Origin: a bacterium
Lineage (GTDB): Bacteria > Zhuqueibacterota > Zhuqueibacteria > Oceanimicrobiales > Oceanimicrobiaceae
NCBI GenBank assembly: GCA_046757025.1
Contig: JBHHXN010000090.1
Location: 1 to 20,657, forward strand
Direction of reading: 5' to 3'
DNA length: 20,657 nucleotides
How positions within the stretch are numbered: position 1 is the first letter of the stretch; the number at the start of each line of letters is the position of its first letter. Below are positions 9,498-17,739 of the stretch, piece after piece. Below the pieces are notes generated by a model. It saw only the letters and a program-made list of their open reading frames with translations, made no database searches and was not told the origin of the DNA. The translations under genes were made by a program, and so were the position numbers.

Positions 9498-9663
9498 ATA
9501 ACTACTCAGCTATTGGCATTTAGCTGTTGGCTTTTGGCCATTGTTGATAAATTGGTTGTAAACAATGAGAGATTTTAGTAATCTGAATATTTAGTTAAGC
9601 TGATAAATAATCTTGTCTGCTAACTCATGGCCAACAGCCAAAAGTAAAAAGCTGAGTAGTTAT
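9498..9663. mobile_element. 166-bp MITE-like element with 14-bp TIRs and an 8-bp target site duplication
   Basis: ATAACTACTCAGCT (9498-9511) and AGCTGAGTAGTTAT (9650-9663) are perfect inverted repeats. GAATATTT directly flanks both sides (9490-9497, 9664-9671). Inner heptamer arrays are inverted relative to each other. Confidence 0.8.
9565..9623 (+). pseudogene. Collapsed remnant of a four-helix-bundle (23S rRNA IVP/bAvd-like) gene
   Basis: ATG 9565 gives MRDFSNLNI*, resembling the family N-terminus M-x-D/N-F-x-x-L-x-V/I-W with TGG changed to TAG. 9597-9623 gives KLINNLVC*, resembling a C-terminal helix. Heptamer repeats flank it. Confidence 0.5.
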
Positions 9664-9783
9664 GAATATTTTTAAAATAATAACTGTAAATCAAAAGTAA
9701 GAATCCCTGAATATCTGAATCAAAAATCGATCCAATTAAATGGGCAGCCTGGCTAAATTTGAATATAAAATTGGAGGTAAACC

Positions 9784-10101
9784 GTGAACTACTGGCGTAA
9801 ACCATTGGACGCAGATAAGCTGAATTTACCCAAAGGTTTGATTCACATCGTGAAAGATCAATGTAAAGGTTGTGGTTTTTGCGTTGAGTATTGTCCGAAA
9901 GAGGTATTAGAGCTCTCCGATGAATTTAATATCAAGGGCTACCACCCGCCGGTGGTGGTGCAGGAAGACGAGTGTGTCTATTGTAAACTTTGCGAGATCA
10001 TTTGTCCGGAATTCTCAATTTTTGTTACTCAGAAAAAGAGTACGGAAAAACCAGAAAAACCCGTTGCGGCGAGAAAGGAGGCGGAGAAAATTGAAAGCTA
10101 A
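9784..10101 (+). CDS. korD: 2-oxoacid:ferredoxin oxidoreductase delta subunit (2x[4Fe-4S])
   Basis: CKGCGFCVEYCP, FNIKGYHP and CVYCKLCEIICPEF motifs; GGAGG RBS before a GTG start. Confidence 0.85.
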   Translation: MNYWRKPLDADKLNLPKGLIHIVKDQCKGCGFCVEYCPKEVLELSDEFNIKGYHPPVVVQEDECVYCKLCEIICPEFSIFVTQKKSTEKPEKPVAARKEAEKIES

Positions 10102-11248
10102 ACCGAATGGCGTTTTGACCGGGTCGCACTATTTAGATGGCGACCACGCTTGTGCCGAGGGCGCGCTGGCAGCCGGCTGCCGTTTTTTTGCTGGCTATCC
10201 CATTACCCCCTCCACGGAAGTCGCCGAACGCATTGTAGCACGTTTTCCCATGGTCGGTGGTATATTCATTCAAGTTGAAGACGAACTGGGTGCCATGGCC
10301 GCGGTGCTTGGAGCGGCCTGGGCAGGCAAAAAATCCATGACCGTGACCTCCGGGCCGGGATTCTCGCTGATGATGGAGAATCTGGGGCTGGGTACCATGA
10401 TGGAAGTGCCCTGCGTACTGGTGAATGTTCAGCGCGGCGGACCTTCTACCGGTCTTCCTACCATGGTTGGTCAGGCCGATATGATGCAGGCCCGGTGGGG
10501 TTCCCACGGCGATTATGAAATCATCGCGCTGTGTCCGGCCTCGCCCCAGGAAGCGTTCGATTATACCATTAAAGCCTTTAATCTCTCGGAAAAATACCGC
10601 GTGCCCACGCTGTTGATGATGGATGAGTGCGTGGGGCACATGACCGAAAAAGTCGTGATTCCCTCTGCCGAAGAAATCAACATTTTTCCGCGCCGGCTTT
10701 CCAAGTTGCCGCCGGATGAATACCTGCCGTATGTACCCGGAAAAGACCTGGTGCCGGACATGATTACGGCGGGTGAAGGTTACAAAATTCACACCACCGG
10801 CCTCACCCACGATGAAAGAGGTTATCCGGTCATGAGTCCCGAAGTTCAAAACGAGCTGGTAAAGAGACTCATGGACAAAATCAATAAAAACGCCGACGTC
10901 ATCATCGAAATCGAAGAAGAAAACACCGACGACGCCGACGTCATCGTCATGGCTTACGGCATCACTGCACGGGTTACCCAGCCGGCTATCGCTAAAGCCA
11001 GAGAAAACGGCATCAAGGTAGGTTTTATCAAGATGATTACTGTCTGGCCGTTCCCGGAAAAACGGGTAAAGCAACTTGCTGAAAAAGTCAAAGCGTTTGT
11101 CATGCCCGAGATCAACATGGGACAGATGGTGTTGGAATTGGAACGCGTGGTTGGCGGGAGAGCAAAAACGTTTCATGTGCCGCATGCCGGCGGCTGGGTG
11201 CATGAACCAGATGACATTTACAAGGTAATTGAGGAGGCCGTAAAATGA
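10091..11248 (+). CDS. korA: 2-oxoacid:ferredoxin oxidoreductase alpha subunit
   Basis: AGYPITPSTE, QVEDE, TSGPGFSLM and QRGGPSTGLPT motifs. Start reassigned to TTG 10091 after AAGGAGGCGGAG; the extension from 9920 only overlaps korD. Confidence 0.92.
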   Translation: MKAKPNGVLTGSHYLDGDHACAEGALAAGCRFFAGYPITPSTEVAERIVARFPMVGGIFIQVEDELGAMAAVLGAAWAGKKSMTVTSGPGFSLMMENLGLGTMMEVPCVLVNVQRGGPSTGLPTMVGQADMMQARWGSHGDYEIIALCPASPQEAFDYTIKAFNLSEKYRVPTLLMMDECVGHMTEKVVIPSAEEINIFPRRLSKLPPDEYLPYVPGKDLVPDMITAGEGYKIHTTGLTHDERGYPVMSPEVQNELVKRLMDKINKNADVIIEIEEENTDDADVIVMAYGITARVTQPAIAKARENGIKVGFIKMITVWPFPEKRVKQLAEKVKAFVMPEINMGQMVLELERVVGGRAKTFHVPHAGGWVHEPDDIYKVIEEAVK

Positions 11249-12150
11249 CAACAGTTGCAGAAAAAATGAAACACGAACATCCCATGGGTGACTATTTGCG
11301 CATGGACCGAATTCCGCACATCTGGTGCCCAACCTGCGGCATCGGCACGGTGGTGACTTGTTTTGTAACCGCGCTGCAAAAATTCGATTATCCGCTGGAA
11401 AAAGTCGCCATTGTCTCGGGTATCGGTTGTACCGGCCGCGTCGCCGGCTACGTGAAATTGGATTCCTTTCACACTACCCACGGACGGGCGATTCCGTTTG
11501 CCACCGGTCTGAAGCTGGGGAATCCGGATTTGAAAGTGGTGGTGTTCAGCGGCGACGGGGATTTGTCCGCCATTGGCGGCAACCATTTGATTCATGCCGC
11601 CCGCCGCAATATGGATTTGACGGTCATTTGTGTCAATAATTTTATCTACGCCATGACCGGCGGTCAGGTGGCGCCTACCACGCCGATTACCGCCAATAGT
11701 TCTACCTCGCCGTACGGCAACTTCGAGCAGCCGTTTAACCTGCCGTCTCTGGTGGCCACCTGTGGCGCGGTGTATGTGGCCCGCTGGACCGCTTTGCATA
11801 TTCGCAGATTGACGAATTCGATTTTAGAGGCCCTGAATAAAAAGGGCTTTTCTTTTGTGGAAGCTATTTGTCCCTGTCCAACCTTGTACGCCCGAAGAAA
11901 CAAACTGGGTACCGGTCTGGACCTGATGAAATTTTATCATGACAATAGTGAAATTCAACATGGCGCGGATCCGGATTCTGTGGACATTGAATTTCAAGAT
12001 AAAATCGTCGTGGGTAAATTTATCGATCGCGAGCGCCCGACCTTTGTCGATGCCTGGAACGAGGGTCACAAAAAGAAGTTTGGAGATAAATTTCAACCGT
12101 ATGGGGGGTCCGAAAACGGCGCCCTGGCTGACGGAACGGCGAAGAAATAA
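11245..12150 (+). CDS. korB: 2-oxoacid:ferredoxin oxidoreductase beta subunit (TPP-binding)
   Basis: WCPTCG, SGIGC, HGRA, GDGD..IGGNH and NN..YAMTGGQ motifs; ATGA overlap with korA. Confidence 0.93.
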   Translation: MTTVAEKMKHEHPMGDYLRMDRIPHIWCPTCGIGTVVTCFVTALQKFDYPLEKVAIVSGIGCTGRVAGYVKLDSFHTTHGRAIPFATGLKLGNPDLKVVVFSGDGDLSAIGGNHLIHAARRNMDLTVICVNNFIYAMTGGQVAPTTPITANSSTSPYGNFEQPFNLPSLVATCGAVYVARWTALHIRRLTNSILEALNKKGFSFVEAICPCPTLYARRNKLGTGLDLMKFYHDNSEIQHGADPDSVDIEFQDKIVVGKFIDRERPTFVDAWNEGHKKKFGDKFQPYGGSENGALADGTAKK

Positions 12151-12168
12151 ATATCAGGAGTGCTTAAT

Positions 12169-12732
12169 ATGAGCAGAACAGAAATTAGAGTCACCGGTTA
12201 TGGCGGACAGGGCGTCATCCTATGTGGTTACATTATCGGTAAATCAGCCGCGCTGTTTGCAAATAAACATGCAACCTTGAACCAGAGCTTTGGGCCGGAA
12301 GCCCGCGGCAGCGCTTGCAGTGCGCAAGTGATTGTCTCGGATGAAGACGTACTTTATCCGTACATGCGCCAGCCTGACATTATGATCGCCATGTCACAGG
12401 AGGCGTATTCCAAATATGAACCCGAGTTGAAAAATGATGGTCTGTTACTTGTTGACGAGGACCTGGTGAAGCTGGGAAAAGTCAGGGACAACATTAAAAC
12501 CTATTCAGTACCCGCTACCCGAATAGCGGAGCAATTGGGTAGAAAAATTGTCTTGAATATTGTGATGCTGGGCTTTTTTACTGCCATTTCCCAGCTCATC
12601 GACGTTGAAGCCGTGCGCAAAGCCGTGCAATCATCCGTTCCCAAAGGCACCGAAGAGCTGAATTTGCGCGCGTTCGAGAGCGGCTATGAATATGGTATGG
12701 AAAAGTTGAAAAACGGAGAAAAGAAAAACTAA
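12169..12732 (+). CDS. korC: 2-oxoacid:ferredoxin oxidoreductase gamma subunit
   Basis: GYGGQG, SFGPEARG, NIVMLG and NLRAF motifs; ATG 12169 lies 8 nt after AGGAG. Confidence 0.9.
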   Translation: MSRTEIRVTGYGGQGVILCGYIIGKSAALFANKHATLNQSFGPEARGSACSAQVIVSDEDVLYPYMRQPDIMIAMSQEAYSKYEPELKNDGLLLVDEDLVKLGKVRDNIKTYSVPATRIAEQLGRKIVLNIVMLGFFTAISQLIDVEAVRKAVQSSVPKGTEELNLRAFESGYEYGMEKLKNGEKKN

Positions 12733-12769
12733 AGTTCAGTAATAAAACCATTAACCAGGGAGTTCAACC

Positions 12770-13162
12770 ATGACTGACTTGGTGAATGAAATCAGGCAAA
12801 TCGAGCAAGACATGGCCTGTGCATTTAATGACAAAGATGTGGAGAAATTCTTGAGCTTTTTCTCAGCCGATCTGGTAGGTTTTTCCTCCACTACCCACGA
12901 TAGAATTCAAGGATTAGACGCATTAAAAAAAACCTTTGAATACTATCTGCAAGAAGGGGAGAAGGTGGAATTTTCCGTGTCCAATGTCGCGGTGCAGACC
13001 TTTGGCGACGTGGCCGTCGCCAGTTTTCACTGGGTGGTGACTATCGACGATGGCAACCGTATTCATGACATCCCCGGTCGCGGCACGCACGTTTTTTACA
13101 AAAAAAACCACAAATGGCTGGTAGTGCACGAACATTTTTCTCGAGCGCATCACTACGTTTAA
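12770..13162 (+). CDS. NTF2/SnoaL-like (DUF4440-type) protein
   Basis: AFN.KD...F..FFS, GDVAVA, GRGTHVF and W.VVHEHFS patterns; AGGGAG RBS. Confidence 0.8.
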   Translation: MTDLVNEIRQIEQDMACAFNDKDVEKFLSFFSADLVGFSSTTHDRIQGLDALKKTFEYYLQEGEKVEFSVSNVAVQTFGDVAVASFHWVVTIDDGNRIHDIPGRGTHVFYKKNHKWLVVHEHFSRAHHYV

Positions 13163-13181
13163 AATTGCGGAGGTTCTAAAA

Positions 13182-15560
13182 ATGCAAAAAGGGCAAGCCA
13201 ATCCTCCAATCCAGAAAATTTTAGAAAAGAAAGAGGTCACCCTTTCCATCAACGAGCAGGTCAATCAGCAGTACACTGTGGGTAAAATCGAACCTTCCCC
13301 CTGCATGACCGCCTGCCCGGCGGGGGTCAATGTCAAATCTTATGTGTCGCTCATCGCCTCTGGCAAGTTCCACGAAGCGCTGGAAGTGGTTAGAGAGCGT
13401 AATCCATTCCCGGGCATCTGCGGACGCGTTTGTACCCACCCCTGTGAGTCGTACTGCAATCGCAACGAAGTGGATGCAGCGGTGGCGATATGTTGGCTGA
13501 AACGCTTTGTGGCCGATTACGAGCTGCAGAATCCCCCACAAAAAACCAAACCGCTGCCGCAAACCCGCAAAGAACAAATTGCCATCATCGGCTCGGGTCC
13601 GGCGGGATTGACCGCCGCTAACGATCTGATCAGAAAAGGCTTTGGCGTAACCGTGTTTGAAGCGCTGGCAGAACCGGGCGGCATGTTGACCTCAGGCATT
13701 CCATCCTTTCGGCTGCCCAGGGATGTCATTCAAACCGAAGTCAATGCCATCAAAAATTTAGGCGTTAAAATCAAAACCAACACGCGCCTGGCTGGTAAAA
13801 AGGCCATCGACGGTTTATTCGAAAAGGGCTTCAACGCGGTCTTTCTGGCGGTGGGGGCGCACAAAGGCTTGAAGCTGGGCATCCCGGGCGAAGAAAAATA
13901 CCAGGGGGTGTTGGACGGCATCTCGTTTTTAAAAGAAGTCAATGTGGGCAACCCGGTCAAGTTGGGCAAACGGGTGGCCATCATCGGCGGCGGCAATTCT
14001 GCCATCGACGCTTCCCGCACCGCCCGGCGTCTGGGCTGCGATGAAGTCACCATCGTTTACCGGCGCTCACGCGAAGAGATGCCGGCCAACGAGCTGGAAA
14101 TTCAGGAAGCGGAGCACGAAGGCGTTAAAATTCAATATCTGGCGGCGCCGGTGGAATTGGTGGGCAAAAACAAACGATTGACCGACATGGTTTGCACCAG
14201 GATGAAATTGGGCAAGCCGGATGCCAGCGGTCGCCGCCGGCCCATTGCCATCGAAGGTTCGGAATTTACCATCGAACTCGACAACGTCATCGCCGCCATC
14301 AGCCAGCAGCCGGACCTGTCTTTTCTGCCGCAAGATCACGGCATGGACATTTCCCGGTGGCATACGTTTTCAGTGGATGAATCAACGCTGGCCACTTCTC
14401 GTGAAGGCGTGTTTGCCGGGGGCGACGCCGTGACCGGGCCGAACACGGTGATCGACGCCATCGCCGCCGGGCACGTGGCGGCCCGTTCCATCGAGCGTTA
14501 TTTGAACCGCGAGCCTTTGCAACAAGAACTGACATCCGACCGACCCTACGAAACCGAGATCAAAATTGATCTCAAAAAACAGGACAAGAAAAAACGCGCG
14601 GCCATGCCCAAAATCCCGGCAAAGGATTTGACCAACAATTTCGCGGAAGTGGAGCTGGGATTCAACGAAGCCACGGCCATGGCAGAGGCCATGCGCTGTC
14701 TGCGCTGCGGCCCGTGCAGCGAGTGTTTCCTGTGTGTACCGGAATGCCAGAAAAACGTCACCGTGCTTACCACCGCCGACGACGACGGGCGCGCCGATGA
14801 AGTTCTGCTGAGGCTGCCCGCCGATTTTGACGCGGAAGAATTGAAAAATGCGCACAATCAGGGTATCTTGCATGCGGGCAAAAAAGGCGGTTTCACCGTG
14901 GAAACGCATCCGGTGAGCTGTTTTGTGAAAGAAGAAGTATGCCGCGGCTGCGGCGATTGCGTCACGGTTTGCGAATATTCGGCCGCCATTCTGCTGCCCA
15001 AAGAAAACGGGCTGTTTGTTTCAAGAATCGATGATACCATCTGCAAAGGGTGCGGCACCTGTGTTTCCATCTGTCCTTCCAGTGCCATCGAGCAAAACTA
15101 TTTCACCGACGATTGGCTGCAAAGCAAATTGCAAACCCTGACCACGGACAAAAAGAATGTGGTGGTTTTCACCTGCAACTGGTATGGTTCGCACCAGGAT
15201 CGCTCGGTTTTCGCGGAAATCGACAAAAAAGACCTGAACCTTTTGTTCATTCGTACGACTTGCTCCGGCCGCATCGAACCTTCGTATATTTTGAAGTCGT
15301 TTGAATATGGCGCGGCTGGCGTGCTGGTGGTGGGCTGCCCCATGAACAAATGCCATTACGGTTTCGGAAACAAATACGCGGATGAACATTTCGGGAGAGT
15401 GCAAAATATGTTGAACATACTCGGATTTACTTCGGAAAAATTCCAGTGGACCTGGCCGGAAGACGACCAGGTCAGGCATTTCCAAAATGCGGTAAATTTA
15501 TTTCTGGAGAGCATCCGAGTGGGAGAAGTGGTGGATAACGTTGTGGAGGTGTCAAATTAA
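13182..15560 (+). CDS. GltD/NfnB-like FAD/NAD(P)H oxidoreductase fused to a 2x[4Fe-4S] ferredoxin domain and an MvhD-like [2Fe-2S] domain
   Basis: PCMTACP, GRVCTHPCE..C, IIGSGPAG, IIGGGNSA.D, YRRS, FAGGD and EA.RCLRCG motifs; two CxxCxxCxxxC motifs; C-terminal FTCNW..CSGRI..GC....CHY; GGAGG RBS. Confidence 0.88.
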   Translation: MQKGQANPPIQKILEKKEVTLSINEQVNQQYTVGKIEPSPCMTACPAGVNVKSYVSLIASGKFHEALEVVRERNPFPGICGRVCTHPCESYCNRNEVDAAVAICWLKRFVADYELQNPPQKTKPLPQTRKEQIAIIGSGPAGLTAANDLIRKGFGVTVFEALAEPGGMLTSGIPSFRLPRDVIQTEVNAIKNLGVKIKTNTRLAGKKAIDGLFEKGFNAVFLAVGAHKGLKLGIPGEEKYQGVLDGISFLKEVNVGNPVKLGKRVAIIGGGNSAIDASRTARRLGCDEVTIVYRRSREEMPANELEIQEAEHEGVKIQYLAAPVELVGKNKRLTDMVCTRMKLGKPDASGRRRPIAIEGSEFTIELDNVIAAISQQPDLSFLPQDHGMDISRWHTFSVDESTLATSREGVFAGGDAVTGPNTVIDAIAAGHVAARSIERYLNREPLQQELTSDRPYETEIKIDLKKQDKKKRAAMPKIPAKDLTNNFAEVELGFNEATAMAEAMRCLRCGPCSECFLCVPECQKNVTVLTTADDDGRADEVLLRLPADFDAEELKNAHNQGILHAGKKGGFTVETHPVSCFVKEEVCRGCGDCVTVCEYSAAILLPKENGLFVSRIDDTICKGCGTCVSICPSSAIEQNYFTDDWLQSKLQTLTTDKKNVVVFTCNWYGSHQDRSVFAEIDKKDLNLLFIRTTCSGRIEPSYILKSFEYGAAGVLVVGCPMNKCHYGFGNKYADEHFGRVQNMLNILGFTSEKFQWTWPEDDQVRHFQNAVNLFLESIRVGEVVDNVVEVSN

Positions 15561-15565
15561 AGGAT

Positions 15566-15640
15566 TTTGCAGGCGTCCGCAAAACCGTCTCCCTTGACTA
15601 AACGAGTTAGAATTGCAATCCAACAGCGGACGCCTGTAAA
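15566..15640. repeat. 15-bp inverted repeat with a 45-nt spacer
   Basis: TTTGCAGGCGTCCGC (15566-15580) and GCGGACGCCTGTAAA (15626-15640), with one G-T pair. Confidence 0.6.
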
Positions 15641-15822
15641 TTATTTTTCGATGAATCGAAACGGCTGGAGCAATCGATTTGAAAACAATCAATAAAGCTC
15701 GTCGGTGAAGGAGGGACGTTAAGAAAGTGGACGAGCATCAACCACCGCGAGTTGTACTCTGGCAAATGAATGCCTACTCGCTGTGAAAATGTCAGCCATA
15801 CAAAAATGAGTAGAGGTGAGCT

Positions 15823-16182
15823 ATGCAAGAATATCTTGACGCCATTCACCGCCGGGTTTGTTCCTTATGTATCGACGCCATACTGGACAGCCAACAAAAC
15901 TTTATGCGATGTGGTTTGCCATCGGAGCGTTCGTGTCCCATCGAAAGCTATCTCAATCAGGTCATCGAGGTGGTACAAACTGTTGAGAGTCCCTGGATGG
16001 TCGATTATATCAACGTGGTGCGGGACAAAATTTGCGCCAATTGTGAGGAAAACGAAGAGGGGATTTGTGATTTAAGATTGAAAGCGGATTGCCCTTTGGA
16101 TCGGTATATCATGCTGGTGGCCGGCGCCATTGAAGAAGTCATGGGCCAGCGTTCGACAAATCCTGAACAGATGACCTATTAA
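15823..16182 (+). CDS. Hypothetical protein with a duplicated 4-Cys motif
   Basis: GAGGTG RBS; two repeats, Cx2Cx13Cx7CPIExYL and Cx2Cx7Cx7CPLDxYI. Confidence 0.8.
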   Translation: MQEYLDAIHRRVCSLCIDAILDSQQNFMRCGLPSERSCPIESYLNQVIEVVQTVESPWMVDYINVVRDKICANCEENEEGICDLRLKADCPLDRYIMLVAGAIEEVMGQRSTNPEQMTY

Positions 16183-16295
16183 TTTTGGACACTTGTTCAA
16201 AATAGATGCATCTGGGTGCTTGTCCATACGAATTAAATTTTCATCACAAGTCCATAACAAAGCGTTGAATTTTACTTTGAATAAAAGGAAATGAA

Positions 16296-17444
16296 ATGGC
16301 AGAGATTGCTGAAACCGTAAAAAAAACCAATGCCTCCTTCTGTTTGGAGTGCGGTAAATGCTCGGCGGCCTGCCCGGTGGCACAGGTCAATGACAGCTAC
16401 TCCCCGAGAAGAATGGTGTCGCATTCTTTGCAGCAGTCAAGCGACGATGTGGTGTTCGACCCCATGCTCTGGGCTTGTTTGACCTGCAAAAATTGCGAAG
16501 CCGGCTGCCCGGCTGACGTGGATTACAGCACGCTCACTCTGGGAATTCGTTCCCAGGCCAAGCAGGTGGGGCAGACCGCCCTGTGCTCACACGGCGGCGC
16601 CCTGCAATCGCTCATGCGCATCATGACCGCACCCGACCTCAATCAGCAAAGATTAAATTGGGTGAACGACGATCTGAAAATTGCGCAGGAGGGAGAGGTG
16701 CTGTACTTTGTGGGCTGTGCGCCTTATTTCGATGCGTTTTTCGCGGATCTGGGTGTGCGCACTCTCGATGCATCAAAGAGCGTGGTCAAGCTTTTGAACA
16801 ACGTGGGCATCGAACCGGTGTTGATGGCAGATGAACGATGCTGCGGACACGACCTGCTGTGGAGCGGCGATGAAGAAAATTTCAAAAAACTGGCTCAGAA
16901 AAATATCGAGACCATCCAAAAGACCGGCGCCAAAAAAGTGGTGTTTTCCTGCCCGGAATGTTACCGCACCCTGCAGGAAGATTATCCCGCGCACTTCGGC
17001 GCCCTGGGTTTCGATTCGTTTCACATCTCGGAGTTCATCTCGGATAAATTGCAATCGAAAGAAGTCATGTTTCCCACTAACAACCGCGATCTGCAGGCGA
17101 CTTTTCAGGACCCATGCCGGCTTGGTCGCCATCTCGGGGTGTATGAGGCGCCGCGGCAGGTGCTGTCCAATTTGCCGGGGGTTACATTTAATGAGATGCC
17201 TAAAAATAGCCAGAGAGCGGTTTGCTGCGGGGTGAGCAATTGGATGAACTGCACGACTTTTTCCAAACAGATTCAGGTGCAACGGCTGCGCCAGGCCAAG
17301 GCCACTGGCGCCGACACCCTGATCACGGCCTGTCCCAAATGTGAAATTCATTTTCGATGCGCCATGAAAGATCAAAATCTGGGTGCGGAAATCACCATGG
17401 ATATCAAAAACATTGCGACCATTGCAGCAGAATCTTTACCCTGA
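16296..17444 (+). CDS. HdrD-like Fe-S oxidoreductase (HdrC-like 2x[4Fe-4S] plus two CCG domains)
   Basis: CLECGKCSAACP and CLTCKNCEAGCP; YFVGC..CCG..CPEC and QDPC..CCG..CPKC; AAGGA RBS. Confidence 0.88.
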   Translation: MAEIAETVKKTNASFCLECGKCSAACPVAQVNDSYSPRRMVSHSLQQSSDDVVFDPMLWACLTCKNCEAGCPADVDYSTLTLGIRSQAKQVGQTALCSHGGALQSLMRIMTAPDLNQQRLNWVNDDLKIAQEGEVLYFVGCAPYFDAFFADLGVRTLDASKSVVKLLNNVGIEPVLMADERCCGHDLLWSGDEENFKKLAQKNIETIQKTGAKKVVFSCPECYRTLQEDYPAHFGALGFDSFHISEFISDKLQSKEVMFPTNNRDLQATFQDPCRLGRHLGVYEAPRQVLSNLPGVTFNEMPKNSQRAVCCGVSNWMNCTTFSKQIQVQRLRQAKATGADTLITACPKCEIHFRCAMKDQNLGAEITMDIKNIATIAAESLP

Positions 17445-17473
17445 AATGGGCGTTATTAAATTTTCAACAAAAC

Positions 17474-17739
17474 GTAACTATTCAGGTGTCACTCCTGCGA
17501 ATGCAGGAGTCTCCCGATTCAATGGCAATAAGTGAGAAAAGAATTCATAGCGTTCAATCAAGTAAAAACATGTTCAGGTAGAGGAATTATGGAAACATAC
17601 TGCGTGTACATGAGGGCAAATCAACATAATAACGAGCTTACATCAGTGTCACGAACAATCTTTTTCCACAATTGTTTAAATGGATGTCAAAGGAGATTCC
17701 TGCATTCGCAGGAATGACAGCTCTGTGCTGAATAGTTAC
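17474..17739. mobile_element. 266-bp MITE-like element with 12-bp TIRs enclosing a pair of REP-like hairpins
   Basis: GTAACTATTCAG (17474-85) and CTGAATAGTTAC (17728-39) are perfect inverted repeats. Inner 28-bp inverted palindromes lie at 17487-17514 and 17692-17719. The flanking 8-mers AACAAAAC and CAAAAAAC match at 6 of 8 positions. Confidence 0.75.
17589..17662 (+). pseudogene. N-terminal remnant of a GIY-YIG nuclease gene
   Basis: ATG 17589 gives METYCVYMRANQHNNEL; a -1 shift at about 17639 continues YISVTNNL. This matches the Y-x-V-Y-I...LYIGVTNNL signature with a G-to-S change. The rest of the gene is missing. Confidence 0.65.

Noticed and set aside
9507..9541. Heptamer array as a CRISPR array
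   Set aside because: The units are 7 bp, contiguous and without spacers, and there are no cas genes.
9920..10090. N-terminal extension of korA
   Set aside because: It overlaps korD out of frame; a good RBS with TTG lies at 10091.
10133..11332. 399-aa antisense ORF and the other minus-strand or overlapping ORFs
   Set aside because: They are shadows of well-supported plus-strand genes and show no recognisable motifs.
17532..17717. 61-aa ORF as an intact gene
   Set aside because: It is better explained as a frameshifted GIY-YIG remnant running into the right-hand repeat.
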